NCBI GenBank assembly: GCA_023245415.1 | Contig: JAHFKJ010000005.1 | Span: 7,535-68,825 of the forward strand | DNA length: 61,291 bases | Reading direction: 5' to 3' | Origin: Candidatus Gottesmanbacteria bacterium | GTDB lineage: Bacteria > Patescibacteriota > Microgenomatia > UBA10105 | Shown: one piece after another, positions 18,237 through 28,066 of the stretch | How the letters are laid out: each line of letters starts with the position of its first letter | Numbering within the stretch: position 1 is the stretch's first letter | The notes under the pieces: generated by a model | Seen by the model: only the letters and a program-made list of their open reading frames with translations | Databases searched by the model: none | Told to the model about the DNA's origin: nothing | Program-made: the position numbers and the translations under genes

Positions 18237-19403
18237 ATGTACAAGATGACAAAAATTAAATCTTTCATAGTATTTACGTTAATCCTTATAATTATTTCGG
18301 CATCCCTGTTTATTGGCTGGTACACGGGATATAACCGTCTGGCTTTAACTGCAAATCGCAGCAATTCTATTAACCTTAGCGATATCAGCTTTGTTTATGA
18401 TTTGATAAACAAAAACTATATTGAAAAAATCCCACCCCAAATTCTCGATCAAACAATTGCCGGGATGGTATCAGCGCTTAACGATCCGTATTCGTATTAT
18501 CTAAGTCCCCAAGGCTACCGTCAGTTACGGCAGCAGGATCAAGGTCAATATGTCGGATTGGGATTTTTCTATAGTTACACTCAAAAAGATCTCAAAATCA
18601 TTGAAGTCTTTCCTGATACACCAGCCCGAGAAGCAGGACTTAAAATCGGAGATTTCATTCTCACTCTCGACCAGATTCCCCTTTCGGGCTTTAAAAATGA
18701 AATTGAAGTAAAAAATAAATTGCGGGGAGAAAATGATACTTCAATCACTCTGACCGTCAATCGCAGTCAAAAGATTTTAAACTTCAATTTAAAGCGCCGA
18801 CCAATTCAAATACCTACCCTTACTTATAAATCGCTGTCCAATGGCATCGGCATACTAAAGGTGTACCATTTTAACCCCGATTTAAAAGCGGAGTTTATGA
18901 AAATTGCTCCACAAATTACTCTCGATCAAACGAAAAAACTTATAATTGACTTAAGAAATAATGGTGGTGGAATTGTCGGTATGGATACTTTTTTGGCAGA
19001 CCAATTTGTGTCTTCTGGGATATTAAACCAGGAAATTTATAAAGACACATCGCTTTCACGCTCTATCAGGGCTTCAGGAAATGCTCAATATCAAGATTTG
19101 AAACTGATACTTCTGGTAAATCACGAAACCGCAAGTGCAGCAGAGATATTTACTGCAGCAATTCATGATAATAATCGCGGTCAAATCATCGGCGAAACTA
19201 CTTATGGTAAAGGAGTTTTCACTTCAATATATGAACTGCCTGATGGTTCGGCAATACAACTTACTACCGGCCATTGGCTGACACCCAAAGGCGTTTCAAT
19301 TGACAAAATTGGTATCAAACCGGATTTAGAATTAAAAGATGAAATAATTAATGCGCAAGATATAATTTATAATAAAGCAGTGGAAACACTAAAAACTGAC
19401 TAG
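18237..19403 (+). CDS. Second S41A carboxy-terminal protease
   Basis: DPYS, PDZ, DLRNNGGG, TASAAEI, YGKG. Confidence 0.93.
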   Translation: MYKMTKIKSFIVFTLILIIISASLFIGWYTGYNRLALTANRSNSINLSDISFVYDLINKNYIEKIPPQILDQTIAGMVSALNDPYSYYLSPQGYRQLRQQDQGQYVGLGFFYSYTQKDLKIIEVFPDTPAREAGLKIGDFILTLDQIPLSGFKNEIEVKNKLRGENDTSITLTVNRSQKILNFNLKRRPIQIPTLTYKSLSNGIGILKVYHFNPDLKAEFMKIAPQITLDQTKKLIIDLRNNGGGIVGMDTFLADQFVSSGILNQEIYKDTSLSRSIRASGNAQYQDLKLILLVNHETASAAEIFTAAIHDNNRGQIIGETTYGKGVFTSIYELPDGSAIQLTTGHWLTPKGVSIDKIGIKPDLELKDEIINAQDIIYNKAVETLKTD

Positions 19404-19413
19404 CATATCGTCT

Positions 19414-19449
19414 CACCTCGAGGGGGTCCATTCGGCCACCCCGAAGGAG
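19414..19449. repeat. CACC..GG..GGTG-type palindromic pair (family B)
   Basis: CACCTCGAGGGGGT...CACCCCGAAGGAG; related to copies at 39251 and 59106. Confidence 0.55.
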
Positions 19450-19552
19450 AGACTTCATGTTGAAACAAGTACTAAAAATAAATGCTAAAGTTTAATCACT
19501 AAAACTGGATTGATCCTTACATTAATTAGATCGATATGATATAAAATTTCTT

Positions 19553-20131
19553 ATGGACTCTGTACCATCAAATTTAAAACTCTATAATATTGAGCATATT
19601 AATCAAATTTCCGCTGGCGACTTAGCAGTCGGTTATTTAACACATATTGCAGATGTTCATGACACGTCGCCTCATCCGGGGCGTGCAGTGAATCAAAAAA
19701 ACTTATCTAAATACCTGGAATATTTGAATGGATTAACAGCAAACCCGATTCTCGACACCAGACTCGATAATGATGAAGGACAAATTAGACCTTGCAAGGT
19801 TGTAAAAGATTTAAATAAAAACTCAGCTTCAGTAACGTTTCCTATAGGCTTTGATGGTTTGGGTAATACAGTGTTAAATGCATATACACTTTTGGCTGGA
19901 TTATGGCTTGCTGGAATTTCAGGTGCTCAATATGGTCATACAGAATATATGTCATCTCAAACACAGGGTGATAATGAAGTGATAACGATACCTTATTTAG
20001 TGCGTCAGGGAACAATTAAACCCTACGTGCAACAATTTCAGCTAAGCAGAGGAAACGCGAAGCATTTAGCAAGTAAAATAGAGCGAGTATTATTTAAGAC
20101 GGAGGTAGTAATTCCAGACGAACGAATATAA
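19553..20131 (+). CDS. Hypothetical protein
   Basis: 192-aa ORF, no recognised motif. Confidence 0.6.
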   Translation: MDSVPSNLKLYNIEHINQISAGDLAVGYLTHIADVHDTSPHPGRAVNQKNLSKYLEYLNGLTANPILDTRLDNDEGQIRPCKVVKDLNKNSASVTFPIGFDGLGNTVLNAYTLLAGLWLAGISGAQYGHTEYMSSQTQGDNEVITIPYLVRQGTIKPYVQQFQLSRGNAKHLASKIERVLFKTEVVIPDERI

Positions 20132-20138
20132 ATTAATC

Positions 20139-20813
20139 ATGGACCAAACAAATTATACCTACCAGACTTATAATCTCATTGCCAAGCAGTATGTCGATAA
20201 ATATTACGTCGATCTGACTGATGTTCCCTATATCAATCTACTGCTTAAAGATTTGCCCAAAGGTACAAAAGTCCTGGATGCAGGCTGCGGAGCTGGTCAA
20301 TTTACTGCATATATGCAAAAACAGGGGTTTGACGCACTCGGAATTGATATGTCTGACGCAATGCTCGACTTCGCCCGCCAAAAATCGCCTGACGCGGCTT
20401 TCAAAAAAATGGACTTTACGCAAATGTCTTTTGCCCCAAAGTCATTCGGGGCGATATTATCTGCGTACTCACTCATTCATGTGCCCGAAAAAGAAGTCGT
20501 AACTACACTCAAAGGATTTGCCAACGCGTTGACTGACGCTGGGAAAGTTCTCATCATTGCCCAAAAAGGTGAATCAGACCATGTAGTGAACGAACCTTAT
20601 CAACTCGGGGGGAAACTATTCCTGAATTTTTTTACAGTAGACCGGCTTAAAAACCACTTAATTCAAGCCGGCTTTAATGTGGTATTTGTACAGGAAATTC
20701 TCACTGTTAAAGCTTATTCCTTAGCGGATCATATAATTTATATGATGGGCCAGAAAAACCTGGTAGTATCCACTGCTGCAACTTTTACCAATCCAAATTC
20801 TGGTGAACATTAA
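20139..20813 (+). CDS. Class I SAM-dependent methyltransferase
   Basis: VLDAGCGAG, GIDMS, YSLIHVP. Confidence 0.92.
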   Translation: MDQTNYTYQTYNLIAKQYVDKYYVDLTDVPYINLLLKDLPKGTKVLDAGCGAGQFTAYMQKQGFDALGIDMSDAMLDFARQKSPDAAFKKMDFTQMSFAPKSFGAILSAYSLIHVPEKEVVTTLKGFANALTDAGKVLIIAQKGESDHVVNEPYQLGGKLFLNFFTVDRLKNHLIQAGFNVVFVQEILTVKAYSLADHIIYMMGQKNLVVSTAATFTNPNSGEH

Positions 20814-20817
20814 ACGC

Positions 20818-21960
20818 TTAATTTTTCCAGTACATATTTAACAACCCAAAATCGAAAGAATTTACCGATCCGCTGCCATTTGTATCAGCTCTCAAATTTG
20901 CAGGAAATATCCAGTTTGCTATCTGCAACTTTATATCATCCGCTGTCAATCCACCCGTTCCGTCAAGATCCACATCTCTTGGTAAAAAACACAATCCGCT
21001 CAAAGACGCATCAATTTCCGCATCGGTCATGAAATTATAGGCAAACCCCTGATCCGGATTCGTTCCAAATGAATCAAATAATAAAAAGCCTTTTATTTTT
21101 GGATCCAGACGCATGATCTCAATTTGATCTTTTAGATTGATAAGTGCCTGCGAACGCGGAACTTTCGTACCACTCCAGGCAGGATTTTGGTCCGATTCAA
21201 ACATGCCGATTTCAGTGAGATAAATATCCTGGTTGGCAAATACGTTACTTGCCACGCTGCGAAGTCGAGAAACCTGACTTGAAATAGTTTCACGCAACAC
21301 CCCATCAACCACATAGCCTTTGAGGTTGTAGCCATTTCCGGCAATACCTGCGAGCTTGTCAAATTGTGCCCCTGCTCTGACCATAGTTGTCACTTCATCG
21401 TTAAGATTGGGATGAGTTAAATTAAAGGCCGGAGACAATAATTTCACATTGGGTCGGGTCACATGAGCAATCACCTGATTCATATAAGTCGTAACCAGAG
21501 GCGCAATTACCCACCATTCACCCGGATTTCCGCCTAACCAGGTTTCGGAAATCGGTTCATTGGGACCAGCGATGGCGTAAAAAGTCCGTCCGCCAACCAA
21601 ATCTGCGATCCGATCCAACACTACGGCATATTTTACCGGGTCTGTAAATCCGCAGGTATTGCCGTAGCAGATACGCAGTATCGGCGTCATCCCATGATCC
21701 AGTGCATATTTAAACGAATCGCTCACTCCCCATTCCTGACCCTCAGCTGTCATCATTTCCAGAGTGTAGCCCAGTTTGTGAGATGCAGCCCGGTCATGTT
21801 GGTTGTTAGCCACTGGACCGACGATCGCGTAATTGATTCCCAGTTTTTTACAGGAAATCTGCCCTGGTTCATTGGCAAAAACCTTCGCTAATTTTAAACT
21901 CCCGATTAAATAGAATAGTCCGGCAAAAATAAAAAATTTAATTATCTTATTTTTTTCCAT
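20818..21960 (-). CDS. Secreted GH-A-clan-like glycoside hydrolase with C-terminal dockerin-like domain
   Basis: Signal peptide, PNEP (acid/base), YLTEIG (nucleophile), DLDGTGGLTADD and DTNGSGSVNSFD loops. Confidence 0.7.
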   Translation of the reverse strand: MEKNKIIKFFIFAGLFYLIGSLKLAKVFANEPGQISCKKLGINYAIVGPVANNQHDRAASHKLGYTLEMMTAEGQEWGVSDSFKYALDHGMTPILRICYGNTCGFTDPVKYAVVLDRIADLVGGRTFYAIAGPNEPISETWLGGNPGEWWVIAPLVTTYMNQVIAHVTRPNVKLLSPAFNLTHPNLNDEVTTMVRAGAQFDKLAGIAGNGYNLKGYVVDGVLRETISSQVSRLRSVASNVFANQDIYLTEIGMFESDQNPAWSGTKVPRSQALINLKDQIEIMRLDPKIKGFLLFDSFGTNPDQGFAYNFMTDAEIDASLSGLCFLPRDVDLDGTGGLTADDIKLQIANWIFPANLRADTNGSGSVNSFDFGLLNMYWKN

Positions 21961-22028
21961 TATATATATTATATATATTTAATACATAAACCGAATTATA
22001 ATTCAAGCCATACTCCTTTAAACTGCTT

Positions 22029-22079
22029 TAGGGTTCAACCCTTTTGATCAGCAATCCTGGCTAATAGGGTTGAACCCTA
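22029..22079. repeat. REP-like family A pair
   Basis: TAGGGTTCAACCCT...TAGGGTTGAACCCTA. Confidence 0.85.
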
Positions 22080-22120
22080 TTAATCATCATGAAGTATAAA
22101 TTTAGTATACTGTATCCTAC

Positions 22121-22882
22121 ATGCGGATTAAGAATACATCCTGGCAAGGGGTAGGCAAATGGTACAATCAATTGGTCAATTCCGATGGCCATTATTATCA
22201 TCAACATGTAATCATTCCAAAAGTCCTCCGGCTTTTAAATCCTAAGTCGACTGATTCTGTTTTAGACTTGGCCTGTGGCCAAGGGGTTTTAGCCCGCAGT
22301 TTGCCCAAAAATGTGACTTATACAGGTTTAGATAATGCATTTAATTTGATTGATACTGCAAAAAAAATTGACCCCAATTACCTACACACCTTCATAACAC
22401 ATGATATCACCCAACCTTTTCCAGCCAACGTTCAACAGTATGAATTTGTAACTATCATCCTCGCACTTCAAAATGTCGAGCATCCCCAGCAAATTCTGGA
22501 TAATGCTTTTAAACACCTTAAACCTCACGGAAAATTTATCATCGTTATAAATCACCCCATGTTTCGCATACCGCGTCAAACATCCTGGGGAATAGATGAG
22601 AAAAACAAACTTCAATACCGCCGGGTCAACCGCTACCTCTCACCCCTAAAAATACCGATAACGACGCGCCCCGGAAAAAGTCAAAGTCCGATCACCTGGT
22701 CGTTTCATTATCCTCTTTCAAGTTTCAGCATAATGCTCAAAACGGCTGGTTTTGGAATAGAACTTCTCGAAGAATGGACGTCTGACAAAGTAAGTGCTGG
22801 AAGTAATGCGAAAATGGAAAATCTAGCCAGACATGAATTTCCTTTATTTATGGCAATATGTGCACTGAAGCTGACGAAATAA
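22121..22882 (+). CDS. Class I SAM-dependent methyltransferase
   Basis: VLDLACGQG, INHPMFRIPRQTSWG. Confidence 0.9.
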   Translation: MRIKNTSWQGVGKWYNQLVNSDGHYYHQHVIIPKVLRLLNPKSTDSVLDLACGQGVLARSLPKNVTYTGLDNAFNLIDTAKKIDPNYLHTFITHDITQPFPANVQQYEFVTIILALQNVEHPQQILDNAFKHLKPHGKFIIVINHPMFRIPRQTSWGIDEKNKLQYRRVNRYLSPLKIPITTRPGKSQSPITWSFHYPLSSFSIMLKTAGFGIELLEEWTSDKVSAGSNAKMENLARHEFPLFMAICALKLTK

Positions 22883-22887
22883 TCAAA

Positions 22888-23448
22888 TTAAGCTTCGGAC
22901 GGTGGCGGTGGTTCTTCGGCAGGTGGAGGCTGATTTTCATTTGCCTGAGTCGGATATTGGCCAGATTTTAGCCATTCGATATAGGTACAACCGGTTGCCT
23001 GACGTTTCTCCCGATCCCATCCAGATGTAGAGCATTTTTTCATTTTTTTGCCGTTGGCTGTGGTGTACAATACCAATTTCGCGCTACATTCAGGACACTC
23101 TTCTTCCAAAGGCTCAGTTGTACCGTTTATCCATTCGATAAAATCACAACCTGTAGCCGTTCGCGTCAACTTATCCCAACCCCCGGTTGAACATTTTTTC
23201 ATTTTCTTGCCAAAACGCGTCACCGCAAGCACGACTGGAGAACCGCACTTGGGACATTTCTCATCCAATGTTTGCGGTTCAACCGGAAGCCATTTTACGA
23301 AGTCGCAACCGGTTGGCTTAGTATGCGGATCATAAGGACTTGCCATAGTACACCTTTGCAATTTCCGGCCGGTTCTAGTCACTTGGATCGGACCTAGGGG
23401 GTTCTTGCATTTAGGACATAATTCCTGAGTCTGTGTGCTGTCAGTCAT
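22888..23448 (-). CDS. Stand-alone protein of three TopA-type C4 zinc-ribbon repeats
   Basis: Three CPxC...C...C(D/T)(F/Y)xxW repeats, Pro-rich tail. Confidence 0.85.
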   Translation of the reverse strand: MTDSTQTQELCPKCKNPLGPIQVTRTGRKLQRCTMASPYDPHTKPTGCDFVKWLPVEPQTLDEKCPKCGSPVVLAVTRFGKKMKKCSTGGWDKLTRTATGCDFIEWINGTTEPLEEECPECSAKLVLYTTANGKKMKKCSTSGWDREKRQATGCTYIEWLKSGQYPTQANENQPPPAEEPPPPSEA

Positions 23449-23484
23449 AAATTAACTATACCAAATATATAATCTAAAATAAAG

Positions 23485-23952
23485 TTACCTAATAAACTGC
23501 TCCGTATATTGAATTTCTAGGCCTAATTTGGATGCGACTTGGTGTTCGTTTCTTGCCCCTTTTGACAATTCCCATCTGGGAGTCATAAAAATGTGAGTTA
23601 TAAGCTCACTTTCCAGCACACGTTCCCAAAAAAAATTGAATTTCTGCTCGCGTCTTGATACATCGAGATTTTTCACTTCGTCTAACTTTAAATAAATATG
23701 CGGTGGAAATACATCAGTCGGAGAAAATACCGGAAATTGACTAAATGTGCGGATCTTGAGGGTATGCTTTCTTAAAATTTTTAGGTTAGTCCTAATATTA
23801 TCCGGCCCATCGGAATTAATAATTCCTGAAATGTAGCCGATGTGTGTCCTGGGTTGTCCATTTTTAAATAAACTCAAAACATATAGCAGATTTTTCTGAA
23901 CTTGATTTAGATTTGTAACCCCCTTAAGCGACCTCTGAATCAGTACCTGCAT
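23485..23952 (-). CDS. DUF4406 / nucleoside deoxyribosyltransferase-like protein
   Basis: YISG and WELSKGARNEHQVA..LG motifs; start chosen to avoid overlap with thyA. Confidence 0.6.
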   Translation of the reverse strand: MQVLIQRSLKGVTNLNQVQKNLLYVLSLFKNGQPRTHIGYISGIINSDGPDNIRTNLKILRKHTLKIRTFSQFPVFSPTDVFPPHIYLKLDEVKNLDVSRREQKFNFFWERVLESELITHIFMTPRWELSKGARNEHQVASKLGLEIQYTEQFIR

Positions 23953-24057
23953 ACTTTCTAACAAATATAGCAAATCTGGCAATCTATTTGCAAGTGGGTT
24001 TCTGCCTTTACTAAAAAAATCAGAGCGTCTATACTGATAAAGTTTTAAGGAGGATTT

Positions 24058-25056
24058 ATGACCAACACTCACCCCGAGTACCAATATCTAAATCTGCTCC
24101 AGGATATTTTGGACAATGGTACTTGGAAAATCAGTCATTCTACCGGCGTAAAACTCAAAAGTGTTTTTGGCCGGCAGATCCGGTTTGATTTGAATCAGGG
24201 ATTCCCGCTCTTAACCACCAAAAAAGTTTTCGTTAGAGGCATTATTCACGAGCTGATCTGGTTCTTGTCAGGCGAGTCAAATATTAAATATTTAGTAGAT
24301 AATAATGTTCATATTTGGGACGAATGGGCTTACAAAAAATATGAGTGGGCGGTCAAAGACGGTAAAGCTAAACAAATCACGTTTGAAAAATTTATGGAAA
24401 AAATAAAAAATGATAAAAAATTCTTAAAACACTGGGGTGAATTGGGACCAGTTTATGGCGTCCAATGGCGACGGTGGCCCACCTTCGCTAATGTTTCGGC
24501 GGGCAATCCCGCACCCAAAAAAACTGCCCGTGGTGAGCGAAGTCGAACCATTGATCAATTGGGCTGGGCGATTGAAAAAATCAAGAAATATCCGCAAAAA
24601 AAACATTACATCATTTCCGCGTGGAACGCCGGATGTATCTATGAAATGAGCGGTAGCCATGGGGCATCGATGGTGATCGCTCCGTGCCACACGATGTTTC
24701 ATATTAATATTTCCGGTGATAAACTGTCCCTCCTTTTATATCAAAGAAGCGCTGACATGTTTTTGGGTGTGCCGTTTAATATCGCCAGTTACGCGCTGCT
24801 AACGCTGTTACTGGCGCAGGTGACGGGATACAAGCCTGGAGAATTTATTCACACTTTCGGAGATGCCCATATTTATGAAAATCACTTTCCACAGGTCAAA
24901 GAACAGCTTGCCCGAACCCCGCGCCCATTTCCGAAAATTAATTTAAACTCTTACGTCAAAAAAATTGACGATTTCAAATTCGCAGACTTTGAAATTGTTG
25001 ACTACAATCCATACCCGCCGATCAAAGGCGAAATTACGGTAGTCGGAGGGTTTTAG
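24058..25056 (+). CDS. thyA: Thymidylate synthase
   Basis: FPLLTTKKV, ELGPVYGVQWR, PCH, YQRSADMFLGVPFNIASY, HIYENH. Confidence 0.98.
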   Translation: MTNTHPEYQYLNLLQDILDNGTWKISHSTGVKLKSVFGRQIRFDLNQGFPLLTTKKVFVRGIIHELIWFLSGESNIKYLVDNNVHIWDEWAYKKYEWAVKDGKAKQITFEKFMEKIKNDKKFLKHWGELGPVYGVQWRRWPTFANVSAGNPAPKKTARGERSRTIDQLGWAIEKIKKYPQKKHYIISAWNAGCIYEMSGSHGASMVIAPCHTMFHINISGDKLSLLLYQRSADMFLGVPFNIASYALLTLLLAQVTGYKPGEFIHTFGDAHIYENHFPQVKEQLARTPRPFPKINLNSYVKKIDDFKFADFEIVDYNPYPPIKGEITVVGGF

Positions 25057-25058
25057 AA

Positions 25059-25616
25059 ATGAAACCAACCATTTCCATCATCGCTGCAATTTCTAAGAAC
25101 CTCATCATAGGTCAAGAAAATAAACTCCTGTGGCATATACCGGAAGATCTGCGCCGGTTCAAGCAACTGACTCTCAACCACCCAGTCATCATGGGCCGCA
25201 AAACATTTGATTCAATCGGTAATCCGTTACCTAACAGAACCAATATCGTTGTTACCCACGATAAAATTTATTCAACTCGGGGTTGTATTGTAACGCATTC
25301 TTTGACGGAAGCCATCGAAATAGCCAAAAAAAAACTTGAGAAAAACATCCCGTGTCATCCTGAATTTATTTCAGGATATAAAAAGATGCTAAGTCAAGTT
25401 CAACATGACAAAATAGAGGAAATATTTATTATTGGGGGAGGACAAATATACGCCCAAGCTATACATCTTGCGGACAAATTATATTTAACTATCGTTAAAG
25501 GAGAATTTACCGGTGACACTTACTTTCCTGACTATTCGCAGTTTACCCATATAATTTCACGAGAAGATAAAGCTGATGCAAATTATCAATACGTCTTTTT
25601 GGAATTAACCCGTTAA
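25059..25616 (+). CDS. folA: Dihydrofolate reductase
   Basis: WHIPEDL, IMGRKTF, PLPNR, IIGGGQIY, GDTYFP. Confidence 0.97.
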   Translation: MKPTISIIAAISKNLIIGQENKLLWHIPEDLRRFKQLTLNHPVIMGRKTFDSIGNPLPNRTNIVVTHDKIYSTRGCIVTHSLTEAIEIAKKKLEKNIPCHPEFISGYKKMLSQVQHDKIEEIFIIGGGQIYAQAIHLADKLYLTIVKGEFTGDTYFPDYSQFTHIISREDKADANYQYVFLELTR

Positions 25617-25621
25617 TCCCC

Positions 25622-26158
25622 TTACATCGGATATCCTTTTAGCCCCTGAATTCCTTTAAGAACGGAAATCTCACCCGTCATATCATGTATATGACCTATA
25701 AGCAAAATACCAATCATCCACGCCAGCGTTTTTTGTCCTATTCCGATAATTGTCATATCAATTGGCTTTTCCAAATCTTCATCAGTGAGTTCGGAAATAT
25801 AATCTTCGCTTGCCCCAAATACTGCTTGAGCATATTTATGCAGTTCCTGTAAATTAATTTTCACGTCCTTCGTCCAATCGCGATAATGCACCCATTCCGG
25901 TCCCGGCATCGGCATCGGCTTATCGGCGCCAAACTTTCCTTTGAATGTCGTCGCCATCAGGGGCATTTTACCTTGAAGCGTCCCGCAAACTATGCCATCT
26001 TCTGCCAAAACTGCATGTGCGTATGTTGCACCCAATGGATTTGCCGTTCCCGGAGGCGTTACATAAAGATGCTTATCCTCAACTCCTACAATTGTGGCTT
26101 CGAACCAGCCATGGGCTTCTTTGACCTGATCACGCAATAACTTAATTGTTCTGGTCAT
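25622..26158 (-). CDS. DinB/YfiT-like protein
   Basis: H...AED and H..DMTGEIS.LKG pattern. Confidence 0.75.
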   Translation of the reverse strand: MTRTIKLLRDQVKEAHGWFEATIVGVEDKHLYVTPPGTANPLGATYAHAVLAEDGIVCGTLQGKMPLMATTFKGKFGADKPMPMPGPEWVHYRDWTKDVKINLQELHKYAQAVFGASEDYISELTDEDLEKPIDMTIIGIGQKTLAWMIGILLIGHIHDMTGEISVLKGIQGLKGYPM

Positions 26159-26185
26159 AAATTCACTTCCTTGAGCAGGTATAAT

Positions 26186-26557
26186 TTATTTATTTTCAGA
26201 CATCGGCGACATCAACTGGAAATAATTTCCATCAGGATCAGAAAAGGTCGCGATCCACATATCGTGCGCTTCTTTGGGCTGATATGGCTTAGCGATTATC
26301 CTGGCGCCTAATTTTCTAATTTTTTCAAACTCTCCTTTTACATCAGCAGTTTCCCAGTTCATGATAATTCTCGGGGCGTCTTTATTTTTTCCTTTTACAT
26401 CGGTATGTGGACCTACTGCTATAAATCCGTCACCGATTTTAAACCCAAACCAGTCGTGTTCCTGCCACTCGGGTTTGTGTCCCAATATTTTTTCATAAAA
26501 AGCTCCCAAAGTTTTGGGATTTTCCGAGCCCACCAATATGGAATTAAAATTCAACAT
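26186..26557 (-). CDS. VOC/glyoxalase family protein
   Basis: FYEKILG, FSDPDGNYFQL. Confidence 0.9.
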   Translation of the reverse strand: MLNFNSILVGSENPKTLGAFYEKILGHKPEWQEHDWFGFKIGDGFIAVGPHTDVKGKNKDAPRIIMNWETADVKGEFEKIRKLGARIIAKPYQPKEAHDMWIATFSDPDGNYFQLMSPMSENK

Positions 26558-26686
26558 ATTTTTATAATCTCCTTCTTATAATTAATTTTATTCTAAGGCC
26601 ATCAAAATGTCTATAATCAATTATTTCTCTCACACCCCTTAAAGGAATAGTTTTTAACCGGCGTTTTTTGTACAATATACGAAAAG

Positions 26687-27073
26687 ATGAGTAATCCTTC
26701 TGATGACATGAAGCAAAAACTAACCGCAGAGCAGTACAACATCTGTTTTATGAAAGGGACCGAGCCTCCCTTTAGCGGTAAATATTACAACAATCACCAG
26801 TCAGGCATGTATGTCTGCGTTGCCTGCGGTCAAGTACTATTTCCTTCTGCTACCAAATTTGATTCGGGAACGGGTTGGCCTTCTTTCTGGGATTTAGCCG
26901 TAAAAGCAAATGTTAAAACAAAAGAAGATTTAAGCCTAGGAATGAAACGAACCGAAGTAATGTGCAGTAGATGCGGCGCCCATCTGGGTCACGTGTTTAA
27001 CGACGGCCCTACTCCTACTGGACTTCGATACTGCATTAATTCATTGGCATTAGATTTTCAACCCAAAAAATAA
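26687..27073 (+). CDS. msrB: Methionine-R-sulfoxide reductase
   Basis: GTEPPF, KFDSGTGWPSF, HLGHVF.DGP, RYCINS. Confidence 0.97.
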   Translation: MSNPSDDMKQKLTAEQYNICFMKGTEPPFSGKYYNNHQSGMYVCVACGQVLFPSATKFDSGTGWPSFWDLAVKANVKTKEDLSLGMKRTEVMCSRCGAHLGHVFNDGPTPTGLRYCINSLALDFQPKK

Positions 27074-28039
27074 TCAACCCGATCTATATTCTTTAAGTGC
27101 CTGGTCTACCTGGTCAACTGTATTTGTCTCCATTAGTTTCGCTCGTAACTCACTTGCTCCGGAAAAACCCGAACAATAAATCTTAAAAAACTTTTTAAGT
27201 ATTGCGAAATTTTTGCGATTCCCCCAGGTTTTTTCAAACAACTGCGCGTGCTTAAGCAATAAGTTTAATTTTTCGTCAGGTGAGGTTGATTTATTTGTTA
27301 CCTGCAGGTTAAACAACCAGGGGTTATGGAAAATTCCCCGACCTATCATCACGCCGTCCACTCCATACTGCTTTACTTTTTCAGAAGCATCAGCTAAATC
27401 TTCGACATCGCCGTTGCCAATGATTAAAGTTTTCTGATTTAACTTATTTCTAACATACACTGCTTTCCCAATTTCTTCCCAATGAGCAGGAACATCTGAC
27501 AGTTCTTGAGCAGTTCGGCCATGTATGGTTAGAGTAGCCAAATTAAACTGGAGAAGAAATGTAATCCAATCTTCAGTTACGATTTTTTTAATGCCGATAC
27601 GCGTCTTGATACTTACAGGCATTTTTTGGGCTCCTTCCTGAGTTGCCAAAATAATTTCTTTGGCCAACTCCTGATTTTCTATTAATGCTGCACATGCCCC
27701 ATGAGTCATAACGCTTTTTTCCGGACAACCAAAATTTAAATCAATTCCGTCAAAACCCATACCGGCAATTTCCCGAGCTATTTTATAAAAATTCTTAGGG
27801 TTAATCCCCCAGACTTGAGCCACAATCGGCCGTTCTATTTCCGTAAATTGTAAGCGGTAAATTACATTACTGCGACCAATTGAACACATGCCTTCAACGT
27901 TGACAAACTCGGTAAAAAACACGTCCGGTTTACCAATTCCTGAGATAATCTGCCGAAAAACAGTATCTGTCACATCATACATCGGTGCCAGAATAAAAAT
28001 CGGTTTCGAAAGTGTTGTCCAAAAATTACTATTCTGCAT
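27074..28039 (-). CDS. dus: tRNA-dihydrouridine synthase
   Basis: LAPM, DLNFGCP, SIKTRIG, HGRT, GNGD, MIGRG. Confidence 0.95.
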   Translation of the reverse strand: MQNSNFWTTLSKPIFILAPMYDVTDTVFRQIISGIGKPDVFFTEFVNVEGMCSIGRSNVIYRLQFTEIERPIVAQVWGINPKNFYKIAREIAGMGFDGIDLNFGCPEKSVMTHGACAALIENQELAKEIILATQEGAQKMPVSIKTRIGIKKIVTEDWITFLLQFNLATLTIHGRTAQELSDVPAHWEEIGKAVYVRNKLNQKTLIIGNGDVEDLADASEKVKQYGVDGVMIGRGIFHNPWLFNLQVTNKSTSPDEKLNLLLKHAQLFEKTWGNRKNFAILKKFFKIYCSGFSGASELRAKLMETNTVDQVDQALKEYRSG

Positions 28040-28066
28040 ACTTACACCCCGGTCGTGGACTTGACC

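Noticed and set aside
23953..24084. Long N-terminus of ORF 23485..24084
   Set aside because: Overlaps the thyA start and its AGGAGG RBS on the opposite strand; the downstream ATG is more plausible
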